Assembly (NCBI RefSeq): GCF_006345805.1
Contig: NC_043011.1
Location: 41,738,464 to 41,802,463, forward strand
Reading direction: 5' to 3'
DNA: 64,000 bases
From: Octopus sinensis
Lineage: Eukaryota
Below are positions 1 to 12,510 of this stretch, one piece after another. Each line of letters begins with the position of its first letter. Position 1 is the first letter of the stretch. A program made the translations under genes and the position numbers. A model generated the notes under the pieces. The model was not told the origin of the DNA, ran no database searches, and saw only the letters and a list, made by a program, of their open reading frames with translations.

Positions 1-1342
1 TTCATATGTATGTTCGTGCGCACACACACACACACCACACACACACACACACACACACGCACACACACACTGTAAGGTTTGTGTTGAAGCTGTGCAGCAG
101 AAGATAAGAAATGTTGTTATAGCAATGTGCCATACAAATGCAGCGATTACTTATTCTTTGTTTTGTTGTTGTTGTTGTTTGTGTCAAGAAGAATTTCAAG
201 TCACCATTTTGTTTTTTGTTTTTTTTTGTTTTTACTGTCTGTTCAAAATTCAGAAAGGTTTTTGTTTTTCTCGATGGTGATAATGGTGATGACGATAATG
301 GTAACGATGGTGATAATGATAATGACAGGAGTGGAATGATGGTGGTGGTGGTGGTGGTGGTGGTGACAAAGGTGATGAAAGTGATAATTATAATGATGGG
401 GATGATTGTGGCTAAGATGATGATGATGATGATGATGATGAATTGATTGCTTCCAAAATGAATTTCTTAACCATACCCCTTTCCCACCCCCAGCAATGAC
501 TGCATTTATAAAATAAACCAGGCCCTCACGCAGGACTTGAACCAAGGACCTGTTGCACTCTGGGAGACTGCTATTAAACACAACAGAGATTGTAACACAC
601 ACTCACATAATACATACACATACATAAAACCACACCCACACAGTCTCACATAATGCATGTATACACACACACACACACACACACAATTTCTCATTTATGA
701 TTTAATTCTTCTTTCTATCTTTTTCTCTTTCTTTCTGTCATTCTTCCTTTGCTCCATCTTTCTGTCTTTTTCCCTTTCATTCTTTCCATCTTGTCTTATT
801 TCTCCAAGAAATACATTTGACAGTTCCACAAGTTGGAACTGGGAGGGGGGCGGGGGGGGGGCAATGTCTTTAGAAATAGACACCAGATTCTTTTAGTAAA
901 TTTATTTTGTAAAATTACTAATTCCAGATTGCTTGAAAAATACTACTTTCTGTAAATTCTTGCAAAAATCAATGTCATAATGTCAACCCTTCTCCTCCGA
1001 TTCCGTCTCTAATAACTTTCCTTTTACATTAATTCCATCTTTCATAACAACACACATTTACCATTTACCACTTCTTGTTGTATTTCATTTTCCAACCTCA
1101 TCCTTGTCAAAAGTCTTCCACACATCTTTTATCTTTTACTTGTTTCAGTAATTAGGTTGTGGCCATGCTGGAGCACTATCTTGAGGAACTTTCTTTAGTC
1201 AAATGAATCGACTCCAGTACTTTTTTTTCTTTAAGCCTGGTACTTATTTTATTGGTCCCTTTTGCTAAACTGCTAAGTTACAGGGATGTAAACACACCAA
1301 CACTGGTTTCTATGCAGTGGTGAGCAACAAAGACACACACAC

Positions 1343-1388
<46 letters not shown>

Positions 1389-1740
1389 TACAAATATACA
1401 TATTCTGTCTACCAAATCCACTCACAAGGCTTTAATTGGCCCAAGGCTATAGTAGAAGACACTTGTGCAAAGTGCCATGCAGTGGGACTGAACCAAGAAC
1501 CATCTGGTTGGGAGACCAACTTCTTACTACATGATTTCATCATCATCATCATTTACTGTCCATTTTCAATGCTGGCCTGGGTTGGACAGTTTGACAGAGG
1601 TTGGTGAGCCAGAAGACTGCACCAAATGCCAGTCTCTGCTTTGGTATGGTTCCTACAGCTGGATGCACTTCCTAATGCCAACCGTTTTAAGGAGTGTTCT
1701 GTGGATCTGGCACAGTAGTACATTTCTGTTGCATTTATGA

Positions 1741-2310
1741 TGGACTGTGACTTTGGTATATTAAATGTGACATGAATATTTGGAATCTGGCACCGGACTG
1801 TGACATCACTATCTGGATTGTAATAAGAGTGTTTGAACCATGACACCAGTTCTTGAATGTCGTATATTTAGACTGTAGCACTAGTATCAAGATTGTGACA
1901 TGAATACTTAGGCTGTGACACCATTTCTGGATTGTGACATGAATATTTAAGCTGTGTCACTAGTATATCTTGCTCATGACACAGTTACAGACTGTGACTC
2001 CAGTATCTAGATTGTGACATGAATATTTGGATTGTGACACAGACATGAAGTGTGACATAACTTGTATCGAATATAATAGACTGGCACTAATGTAACAACT
2101 GTGACATCAGTATCTGGACAGTGACAAGAACTGTGACACTAATGTAACAGTCTTGGCATTAGTGTATGAGTTGTGGAATAATTATCTGAACTCTGACGTC
2201 AGTGTCTGGACTATAACATTAATGTCTATGTGTGTGACACAAGTATCTGGGTTGTGACACAAGTATATTAACTGTAACACCAGAATTAGAGTCAAGAGGA
2301 ATATACAATA
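1741..2310. repeat. Degenerate ~19-20 bp minisatellite with TGTGACA core
   Basis: Recurring units such as GATTGTGACATGAATATTT(A/G) and (A/G)CTGTGACA(C/T)CAGTATCTG across about 570 bp. Confidence 0.75.
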
Positions 2311-3038
2311 TAAAATGCATAAGCTGACTTTCCTTTGGTCATTCTCCGGTCTGAAGTTATCTGTCTTTACCACTACCACCATCATCTCACTTCCGTCATC
2401 ATCATCTCCATCGCCACTGTCATCATTACCATCACCTCTGTCAATGTAACTACTATCATCACCAGCATCACTACAAACATTAAATATTGTCATCTTGCCA
2501 TCACAAGCATCATCATCATCATCATTTTAATCATCATATTTCTCTCCTTGTCTTGTATACACGTGTGTGTGTGTGTGTGTGTATTACTCCATGTATGTAT
2601 TTTTCTCTCACCCTCTCTACATTTACCTATCTGTCTACTTGCCTACCTTTCTATCTACCTGTCTATCTTTCTATCCATCAACTTACCTAGCTAGCTATCT
2701 TTCTGTCTGTCTATCTACCTACCTCTTCATCTATGTATCTGCCTGCCTAGCTTCCTGCCTATCTGTCTATTATTCTGTCTCTTTCCTCGTTTTCTTATTT
2801 TTGGGGTGGTGGTGGTGGTGGTGGTGGTGGCGATAGAGGTGGAAAAGGTGGTAAATTAAAAATAAACGTTGTTATTGTTGGTGTTGTTGTTGCTGCAGTT
2901 GTCTTTGTCATTCTATGTTAGTGTGCAAGGCCGTGCAAAACTGAAGTTAGTTGAAGAGAATATAGCATGTGAACTGGAATGAATAAATAAAATAAACACA
3001 TAAACAAGCAAATTACATTAACGAGCAAATAAAAAATT

Positions 3039-3083
<45 letters not shown>

Positions 3084-4217
3084 ATATATGTTAATATCTT
3101 TATAAATATGAAAACACAAAAATGAATTTCAAATGGAAACATTTTTGTTTCTTTTTTTTCTGTTTTTCTTTTAAATTTGTTGAGAGAATGGCAAGGGTGG
3201 AAGGTTTATTGATCATTATTAAGATGTTTTGCTCAATAATTATCTTTGTTCCTGTCATTCTCCTTTCCTTTTACAAACACATACGAATATACTACGTACT
3301 CACATACAAACACATGCACTTAGAGAAATAGAGTATATAAATTAATAATAATGGTGGGGTGGGGGTCTGATTTAGACACAAAGCCAGCAGTTTTGAAGGG
3401 ACAGGTTGATTATATTTATAGAGTACTTGACTGGCACTATATTTTATTGACTCCTACAAGATTTGAACTCAGAAACAATGCAAAGCATTTTTTCCAATGC
3501 TCTGATGTTTCTGTCAACAACCACCCTTAATAATAACAATAATGATCATATTTTTCTACTACATGCACAATGCCTGAAATTTGGTGATTACATCGACCCC
3601 CACCTCCCGTGCACAGCTGGTATTTATTTCATTGACCTTGTAAGGATGAAAGGCAAAGTCAACCTCGGTGGAATTTGAACTCAGAACACAGCAACAGATG
3701 AAATACTACTAACAAGTTCTCCTGGCATGCTAACGATTCTGCCAGCTCGCTGCCTTTAATAATAACAACAATAATAATAATAATACTTTCTATCTCTCCC
3801 TCAAAGCACAAGGTCTGAAATTTTTGAGGGTGGTGGAAGTGGGGGTGGGCGGTGTTGCCAGTTGATTACATTGACTCTGCCCATCCCCAGTGCTCAACTA
3901 GAAAGGATGAAAGGCAAACTTGACTGCAGCAGAGAGAGTTTATGTGAATGTGGGTGGTGGTGGTGGTGGTGGTGGTTGTGGTGGTGGGGTACGTAAAAGA
4001 TGGGGAGAAGAAAAGGAGAGGAGGGGGAAAACGAGATAAAAAGTATAGATATAGATAGTATATAAAGTATATGAACACATAACTGATGCAGTCCTCCTGG
4101 TGTAAGAGAAACTCCAACTGGGGCCCATCAAGAAATCCCACAGATCCAGGATCACCATGATAACCACAGAAGGGCACAAGCCCTTATCTAATTATTTTCG
4201 ATCTACAGGCACATGTT

Positions 4218-4400
4218 TAACCCTTTCACATTGTTTTGAAATAATTATGCTTTATCTTGTAGCTTTGAGATATTGGTAATATAATTGTTTTAAGAATGGT
4301 ATTATTGGCTAGGTTTGAGAAGCTGGATCTGGCCAGTTTGAGCATAAAACAAGTGGAATATTTGGGTCGGATATGGTCAGTTTAAATGCTAAAGAGTTAG
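4218..4400. mobile_element. TTAA-flanked MITE (TTAACCCTTT...AAAGAGTTAG), internally deleted copy
   Basis: Same body as the copies at 21274-21499 and 14745-14970; ends resemble piggyBac-type TTAA/CCCT termini. Confidence 0.55.
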
Positions 4401-5816
4401 AGTAGATTCATTCAACCTAATCATTTTTGCCACTTTGACTGACCTTTTGACAAATTCACTAGAAAGCATTCCCCTCAATAATAATAATAATAATAAATTT
4501 TTTTATTAGCCTCAAGGGTTTGAGATAAAATGGACAATACAAGGATAAAGTTGAAATACAGTTAAGGGATTTAGCCCTAATAGAAACTAGTTATAACATA
4601 TAAACAAGAGGGTGATCACCTTGGGCAATTCCCAGTGCTCCTTATAATGCCCTGGGCTGCTCTGATGCCTCAAAGGCAAAAGTGCTGTTTTCCATTTTCT
4701 TGCCACCTGTTTAGAGCTGTGTAACAAGAGCAAGTCTCTTTACCCTTTTTGTCAATCGTGCCGCTCTTGCTCGTGCCCACCGTAAAGAAACATTGGCACA
4801 CAGTGTCCCCCACCTGCTTCTCTATCCTGACCGTCTTCTCCAAATGTTCAGCTTTCCATGGAGAGAAGTTTTATTTGCAAAAAACATGTAAAAGGAAGCA
4901 AAACAAAATAAAAATACAAACAAATTAAAAGATGGTAATAAAAATAAACAAAAACAAACAATCTCTTGGAGAGATGAGGGTGGCGGAGTGTGTTTTACAC
5001 ATGAAAGGTTTGGTTTCAAAATTCTTGCCTCACAATAAAATATTCTGCTAAAAAGGTGGCGGGAGGGGGACCTTTTCCAAAAATGTAAAATAAATTCTTT
5101 TGTGTTTGGCAAAAGATAAAAATTTGGGTTGTTTTTTGAAGAATTTGTTTATTTATTGAATTTCTCTTTTTCTCCACTTCTTTCTTTTTATATTCTTTGA
5201 GAGAACCTTTAATGGGTTTTGACATGATTATTTTCAAGAATACAATCAACTTTCCAAATGCCAAATTGTTCTTGTACAGATTTCATATTTCCTTCTTCTG
5301 CAAATGTTTCGTTGTAAAATAAAATCTTCATATTCAGTTTAATTTTTTCAAATTACACATTTCAAAATAAGAGAAAGAATATTTTTTTTGTTTTTGTCTT
5401 TTATTCTTGTAATGACTCAGCAATTTCTATGAATTTCTGTCCAGAACATCAACTAGCCATTCCTTTGTTCTTTCGCTGGCCTTGATCATTGGACTGCAAC
5501 CATTCTGGATCATTGCCCTCAAGAGTTTACTGGTTGTTATCATCACATGTTTTATAGTTTTTTTTTATTGACCTCGCAATGAGAAAACACAAATTAAGGG
5601 ATCAGATTAAATACCAGAAGATAAATGGTTGATACTCTACCAATTCTACCTGGAAGTATATGGTTGCTTCCTGACCATGTAGTTTTGGGTTCAGTCTCAT
5701 GGCCTGGCACCTTGGGAAGGTAGCTTTTATTGTAACCCTGGGCCAAATCAAAGCATTGTGAGTGGATTTGGTGGATGGAAACTGAAAAAAGTCTGTTGCA
5801 TGTGTGTATGTGTCCT

Positions 5817-6515
5817 TGTCTTAACCATTCGTCAATCTCCAGTTTCCACATCGCCCACCAGATAAGGGATCGGGAGACCCTGTCAAAAGCTTTCTCCAAG
5901 TCCACAAAAGCTAAACATAGGTGTTCATCTTTGGCTAGGTTTTTCTCCTGCAGTTGTCAAACCATGAATATGGCATCAGTGGTGCTTCTACCCGACACAA
6001 AACCGAACTGCATCTCATCTAAGCAGACTCTCTCCCAGATGAGATGGGCTATGACCCTCTCCGTGACCTTCATTACCTTATCCAGCAGTTGATACCCCTG
6101 TAGTTATTTCTATCTAGAGCATCACCTTTACTCTTGTAGCAGTTGACTATGGTGCTGCTATGCCAGTCATTGGGTATGACTCCATCATGAACTACCTGGT
6201 TTACAATGCGGGTTACTAGGCCATAGCCCACACCACCAGATGTTTTAAGCATCTCAGCAGTGATTCCTGATGGGCCGGGGGCTTTTCCTGGCTTCATACC
6301 CTTGCCTTAACTACTAGGGAGCTATCTTTACAGATAGCTGGTCCTTTGACTGGGTCAACGTTTGACAGGCTCTTCTCCTCCCATTCTTTCTCCACATTCA
6401 GCAGTCTTTCATAGTGGCTTCTCCAAGCCTCTTTCTTTTCAGAATCACTAAAAGCAAGTGCCCCATCATCCATTCGAACACATTTCTCTCCTGTGACATC
6501 ACAATTTTCTCTCAT
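5817..6515 (-). mobile_element. RTE-clade LINE relic, reverse transcriptase N-terminal part (frameshifted)
   Basis: Minus-strand peptides [78 protein letters not shown] and DLEKAFDRV lie in different frames. Confidence 0.88.
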
Positions 6516-6591
6516 ACATATATATATATATATATAATATATATATATACCTATATATATGTAATATATATATATATATATATTACATATA

Positions 6592-6648
<57 letters not shown>

Positions 6649-6656
6649 ATAATACA

Positions 6657-6687
<31 letters not shown>

Positions 6688-7015
6688 CATACATTATATA
6701 TATATATACATACATAATATATACATACATATATATATATTATACATACATATATATATATATACATACATTATATATACATACATATATACATAATAAC
6801 ATATATATCATACATATATATATATACATACTTACATACATAATATACATACATACATATATACATACATACATATATATATATTATATACATACATACA
6901 TACATATATATACATATACATACATACATATATATACATATACATACATACCATACATACATACATACATACATATATGTACATATACATACATACATAC
7001 ATATATATATATATA
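6516..7015. repeat. Compound (TA)n/(TACA)n microsatellite
   Basis: About 500 bp of near-pure TA/TACA repeats. Similar tracts at 10545-10745, 18700-18990, 53535-53880 and 54860-55270. Confidence 0.95.
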
Positions 7016-7094
7016 TGAGGCTTTCAGTGTAGAGATGTAATCAAATCAGTTCATATACAATAGAAGAAAAGGAAGGAATAAATCAAATTGTGTC

Positions 7095-7127
<33 letters not shown>

Positions 7128-7524
7128 ATCTATATGTAGGCATGTGTATATGTTTGTATGTGTGTGTCTCGGTATGGAGTCTTTTAGTTTTGGTGTTTTG
7201 TTAGTAAGACAGAGAGGACATTATCAATAGCTGAAATTAATGAAGCGAGTTATCTGACGTCGGCAGAAACTGATAATGGTGTATCAATACATTTTACAAT
7301 ACATTATATTTTCTCCTGCACTGCACGTATATGTGTGTGTGTGCATACATGTGTATATATTTATGCATTATGTATGTATGTTAACATGCATTATATATAT
7401 GGGTGTATATATAATTTATAAACACACTGCCCTTCTATTCTTTAAACTGCACTGATGGATGGAGTTCAATCAATCATTCTTGTTCCCATGTGTTTATGTA
7501 CAAGTTGTGATTGTTGTATTGTTG

Positions 7525-7561
<37 letters not shown>

Positions 7562-7741
7562 GCTGTTATTGTTGCTATTGTTGTTGCCGTTTGATGTGTA
7601 GCCCCTGGGCAGCCCTGATCAAACAGATGTGTAATCTAAGCCATTCTAGGACTTCCCTGTCCCATGTGCCCGTGATTTACACTGAGCAACAGATAGTTTA
7701 TCTTTAACCCCAGGTCAACCTTACCGAAGCAGATTTATGAG

Positions 7742-8048
7742 CAAAGGCATTCCATTCATGACCATTTCATCTTTTTATTTATTTATTTATTTATTTATTT
7801 ATTGATTTGTTTATAGATATTAGTATGTCAAGAACCACAGGAGGTGTCCTGTTTTTTTAAAAAAAACCCTCCCCCAGCATTTAAAGCAGCCATATTCAAA
7901 GGCATTCCATTCATGACCATCTCATCTTTTTATTTATTTATTTCTTTATTGATTGATTTGTTTATAGATATTAGTATGTCAAGAACCACAGGAGGTGTCC
8001 TGTTTTTTAAACCCCATCTCCCCCAGCATTTAAAGCAGCCATATTCAA
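7742..8048. repeat. Local tandem duplication, unit about 155 bp
   Basis: CAAAGGCATTCCATTCATGACCAT starts at both 7742 and 7897; each unit runs to ..GCAGCCATATT. Confidence 0.9.
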
Positions 8049-8113
8049 CCCAAATATTCTATATGTATAACAATTTACTGATAGATTTTTTTTTTTTCTG
8101 TTTGTTTTTGCAG

Positions 8114-8203
8114 GCTATGTAATGGGTGAAATGGATCTAGATTGTTCTTTTACTGTATTGGACGTTGCAGAGGTTCTACAGTCGAAATATGCCTTCATCA
8201 CAG
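8114..8203 (+). CDS. MCF2L: MCF2L/DBS-like RhoGEF, first exon seen in window (start of CRAL-TRIO region; YVMGEMDLDCSFTVLDVAEVLQSKYAFIT-G)
   Basis: Polypyrimidine tract plus CAG acceptor at 8111-8113 and donor GTAAAC at 8204. 90 nt, phase 1-1, in-frame ATG at 8122. The peptide resembles the segment before the Sec14 domain in MCF2L (..DIQDQLKKRFAYLSG) and joins in frame to the exon at 21063. Confidence 0.8.
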
Positions 8204-8244
8204 GTAAACTTCTCTTTCTACACTTACCTCCTTCTTCCTTATCT

Positions 8245-8640
8245 TTACTCTTTTACTTGTTTCAGTCATTTGACTGCGGCCATGCTGGAGCACCGCCTTT
8301 AGTCGAGCAAATCGACCCCGGGACTTATTCTTTGTAAGCCCAGTACTTATTTCTATCGGTCTCTTTTGCTGAACCGCTAAGTGACGGGGACGTAAACACA
8401 CCAGCATCGGTTGTCAAACGATGTTGGGGGGACAAACACAGACACACAAACACATACATATATATATATACATATATACGACGGGCTTCTTTCAGTTTCC
8501 GTCTACCAAATACACTCACAAGGCTTTGGTCGGCCCGAGGCTATAGCAGAAGACACTTACCCAAGATGCTACGCAGTGGGACTGAACCCGGAACCATGTG
8601 GTTGGTTAGCAAGCTACTTACCACACACCCACTCCTACGC
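8245..8640 (-). mobile_element. tRNA-derived SINE family A (head GGCGCAGGAGTGGCTGTGTGGTAAG.., CORE-like CCTTGGGCAAGTGTCTT)
   Basis: Many similar copies: minus at about 15165-15540 and 22905-23332; plus at about 8790-9140, 51617-52045 and 56228-56598. A-box/B-box-like head. Confidence 0.85.
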
Positions 8641-9300
8641 CTATCTTTGTTTATTTTCTTTTACTGGTTTCACTCACTGGACTACGGCCATGCTGGAGCA
8701 GCTTTGCCTTGGAATGTTTCAGTCAAATATATTGAGCCCAGTATCTCTCTTTTCTTTTCTTTTTTTTTTTTCTTCTAAAACAAAAGTCCTGCAGAGATGG
8801 ATTTGTGGTAAGAAATTTGCTTTCCAACCACATGGTTCCAGATTCAGTTCTACCATGTGGCACGTTGGGCAAGTGCCTTCTCCTATAACCTCGGCTTGAC
8901 CAAAGTCTTGCGAGTTGATTTGGCAGACGGAAACTGAAAGAAGCCCTCGTGTGTTTGTACCCCTCCACTGCATGACAACTGTTGTTGATATGTTTACATC
9001 CTGTAACTTAGCAGTTTGGTGAAAGAGATCGATAGAATAAGTACCACAAAAAAATAAGTACTGGGCTCAATTTGTTCAACTAAAAATTGTTCAAGGCAGT
9101 GCCCCAGCATGGCCACAGTCTAATGACTGAAACAAGCAAAAGAATACTTTTTTCTATCAGTCTCTTTTGCTGAACTGCTAATTTACATGGATGCAAACAA
9201 ATCAATACCAGTTGTCAAGTAGTGGTGGAGGTACAAATAGAAAGACACACACAGCTATATAACAGTCTTCCACACAGTTTCCATCTACCAGATTCACTCA

Positions 9301-9367
9301 CTGGATGGGGGATCACTTGGCTCGTCCGTCAATGAAGAGTGCGGCTATCCGTGTGAACTGATGCGAA
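9301..9367 (+). pseudogene. 5.8S rRNA 5' fragment (processed, fused to a SINE)
   Basis: GGGGGATCACTTGGCTCGTCCGTCAATGAAGAGTGCGGCTATCCGTGTGAACTGATGCGAA aligns without gaps to the 5' part of metazoan 5.8S rRNA (47/61 identical to the human sequence as I recall it). No ITS, 18S or 28S nearby. Confidence 0.75.
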
Positions 9368-9368
9368 A

Positions 9369-9598
9369 GGCGGCGAGCTGGCAGAAACGTTAGCACGCCG
9401 GTCGAAATGCGTAGCCGTATTTCATCTGCCGTTACGTTCTGAGTTCAAATTCCGCCGAGGTCGACTTTGCCTTTCATCCTTCCGGGGTCGATAAATTAAG
9501 TACCAGTTACGCACTGGGGTCGATATAATCGACTTAATTCGTCTGTCGGTCCTTGTTTGTCTCCTCTGTGTTTAGCCCCTTGTGGGTAGTAAAGAAAT
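9369..9598 (+). mobile_element. tRNA-derived SINE family B (GGCGGCGAGCTGGCAGAAACGTTAGC..GAGTTCAAATTCC..), CpG-rich young copy
   Basis: A/B-box-like motifs. Related copies on plus at 27895-28080, 43555-43765, 43829-44039 and 60885-61085, and on minus at 20330-20520. The whole 9301-9598 insert is flanked by AGATTCACTCA direct repeats. Confidence 0.85.
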
Positions 9599-10018
9599 AG
9601 ATTCACTCATGAGGCATTGGTCAGTCTGCAGCTTTTGAAGAAGACCCCCACCTAAGGTACTGCACAGTGGAATTGAACCTAAAAACTACATAATTGCAAA
9701 ATGAGCTTCTTAACCACACACCTATGCCTGTTTTTTTTTTTTATTTTCTTCTTCCAAAAGTGAAGGAGGTCGTATGTGATTCGACCTGTAAAGGGGGTGG
9801 GGTCTGTTTTGAAGACAAAAGGATGTGATTCGAATGAGATTTTGGTTGACATTTCTAGCAGGTGGAACAAGCATGTAGATTGTCCACTTGCTGGCTTGCA
9901 AAGGTTGTGGTGGGGTTTGTCCTGTAGGAGTGTACAGTAGGCTGTAGTGGTAGTGGTGCTGGTGATGCTGGTATACATAGTGATGCTGGTATACATAGTG
10001 ATGCATAGTATGGTGGTT

Positions 10019-10225
10019 GTACATTATTTACAATGGACAGATAGATGTCCACGTCAGCAACATACCTTAGGAATGAGAACAGTGTACCCCATTAGTCAAA
10101 TAAAGGGTTGGGTTCGAAATTCCACGAGAACACCTGATGAAGGCTGGAGAGTACATCAGTCAAAAGTTGTGGTAACAGTAAACAAGGCAGGGACACCTCT
10201 CCGTCCATTGTAAAATCTCTAAAAT
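10019..10225 (+). mobile_element. Penelope-like terminal repeat fragment with degenerate hammerhead motif and short inverted tail at the 5' side
   Basis: ACAC-CTGATGA-A-GGCTG-gagagtacat-CAGTC-AAAA-GTT-GTGGT at about 10130-10172. 10019-10052 is the reverse complement of the family 3' tail. Confidence 0.6.
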
Positions 10226-10543
10226 ATAGAATAGTATTAGGATGGTTGTAGTTGTAGCATACACAATGTGGTAGTTGTGGTGGCAGTACACAGATTATAG
10301 TGGTGGTGGTGGTTTACGTAATGCAATCATGCTGTGGACAGTGTGGTAGTTGTGTAGGCTGTAGTATGGACAGTGTTTAGCAAAGAGACTCCAACTATCA
10401 AGATGACTCATTTTTGTCATTGGTCAGCAGTTCACTTTCACTGTGACAATCCGGAAACGGCTATCAACACTAAGTTTGGAATTGGTAGCAGAATGGAGGG
10501 GAGGGAGGGAGGGCTAGCTATCCCCCTCTTTTTCTATATACAC

Positions 10544-10581
<38 letters not shown>

Positions 10582-10585
10582 CTAC

Positions 10586-10745
<160 letters not shown>

Positions 10746-12069
10746 CACACACACACATTCTTTCTCTCTCAATCATTGATTTTTTTTTGTATTTGTTGAT
10801 CAACCCAATCATCATCATCACCATACATCGTCTACATCATCATCATCACCATACATCGTCTACATCATCATCATCACCACCAATTACACTATAATTCCAA
10901 TTAACAAAATACAATTTAGATTATGTCAAAATATTTTATTTTAGAAATACAATTTTAGATCTGTCTGACAGTAATTTCAATTCTTTTCTTACAACCCAGT
11001 AATATATAATCAATACAATGCAGTGGTGTGTAGTTACGATTCTTTATATTCTGAGTTCAAATCCTGCCAAGGTCCACTTTAACTTTTACTCTCCTAGGGT
11101 CATAAAAATAAGCACAAAGCCAGCAGTTTTGAGGGGAGGATTTTAATTGGTAACATTGACCCCCAATACTTGAGTGGTTCTTTATTTCATCAACCCACTG
11201 AAGGGATGAAAGATGAAGTCAACCTTGGCAGGATTTGAACTCAGAATATAGAAAACCAAAACAAATGGTGCAAGTTATTTTGTCCAATATTACAGTGTGT
11301 GTCCTAGTGGTTCGGGTATTGCACTCATGGTCGCTAGGTCATGAGTTCGATTCCAGGACTGGGTGGCATGTTGTGCTCTCAAGCAAAACACTTCATTTCG
11401 CATTACCCCAGTCCACTCAGCTGCAAATGGGTATACTCTGTGACAGGATAGCCTTCCATTTAAGGAGAATATTAGCCTGCTCACCTAGCCAGCAGGATGG
11501 CATCATTCGAAAGCCTAAACAATGCAAAAGCGTACTGTGACCAGCGATGTATAACAATATCCAATAGTCTGGTCAATACCATTCATTTTGTCCAATGCTC
11601 TAATCCACCACCTTTCAGGGCCAATACAATATAATACCTGTTATATATTGAGGTCAATTTAATTAAATCCCCCCACTCTTACACAGATCCTTGTTCTTGT
11701 CTTCAAAATCAATATTATCAGTTTTGTGAAGTTTATTAAGGCCAATACTATAATAAAGCCTTTTGCCCCCAGCCCCAGAGTACCCAGTACTCAGCTGTAC
11801 TCTTGAAAACAAAAATGTAAATTTATGATTCAGTGGCCTAGTAACTAATCCATTCCAATATTACTTTCATATAACAAGATGTTTGTTGTTTAGCCCTAGG
11901 TCAACCCTGATTTAGCAGATTTCTGATCAAAGGCATTAGAGGCCTTACTTGGGTCAGTCCTGTTTTTTAAGACAGTGTAGTGAAATATGAAGCAGATTTA
12001 GCTGCTATTTCTTGCAGGTCAAGCCACTACCTGGAAGCTACAACATTGTCTTCATAACAATGGTGATTT

Positions 12070-12510
12070 GGTAGTTTGCATCACCAGTCTAGAACCGCTG
12101 TTTTGCTCAGCAGATCAATCTCCTGGAAACCATTCAGAAACGTGCAGCCAGACAAATAACCAGCGTCAGGCCTCTATCATACTCTGAATGTCTTGTTTCC
12201 CTGGGCATGAACACATTAAAGTCTCAACGTCTGGCAAGTGACTTGGCAGACACTCACAAGATTATCCACCATCTTTCCAACAACAACCATGGGCACTTTT
12301 TCGAATTCCATATGTCTAACACTCATGTACATGCTTACAGAATCAATAAACACAGCACCCATGATTTGGAAAACATTTTTTCATGCTCAGAATTGCTGAG
12401 CATGGAATAAACTACCCACATCAGTTGTTAGCTGTCAGGACACTGCATCCTTAAAAACTTCCATACTTCTTGTAATTTGCCAACAATACACCTAATGCCC
12501 CCACCCTTTT
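12070..12510 (+). mobile_element. CR1/L2-type LINE 3' end relic
   Basis: Frameshifted peptides LLETIQKRAARQI, TLKSQRLASDLADTHKIIHHL and WNKLPTSVV, typical of CR1-group ORF2 C-termini. Confidence 0.75.

Noticed and set aside
1741-2310. CRISPR-like array
   Set aside because: Eukaryotic context, degenerate units without unique fixed-length spacers, and no cas genes.
4620-4830. GC-richer segment as a possible upstream exon or antisense coding piece
   Set aside because: Stops in the frames I read, no clean splice pair and no recognisable motif; probably an old retroelement remnant.
9301-9367. Functional 5.8S rRNA gene
   Set aside because: Only about 67 nt of the 5' part is present, with no ITS, 18S or 28S context, and it is fused to a SINE inside a TSD.
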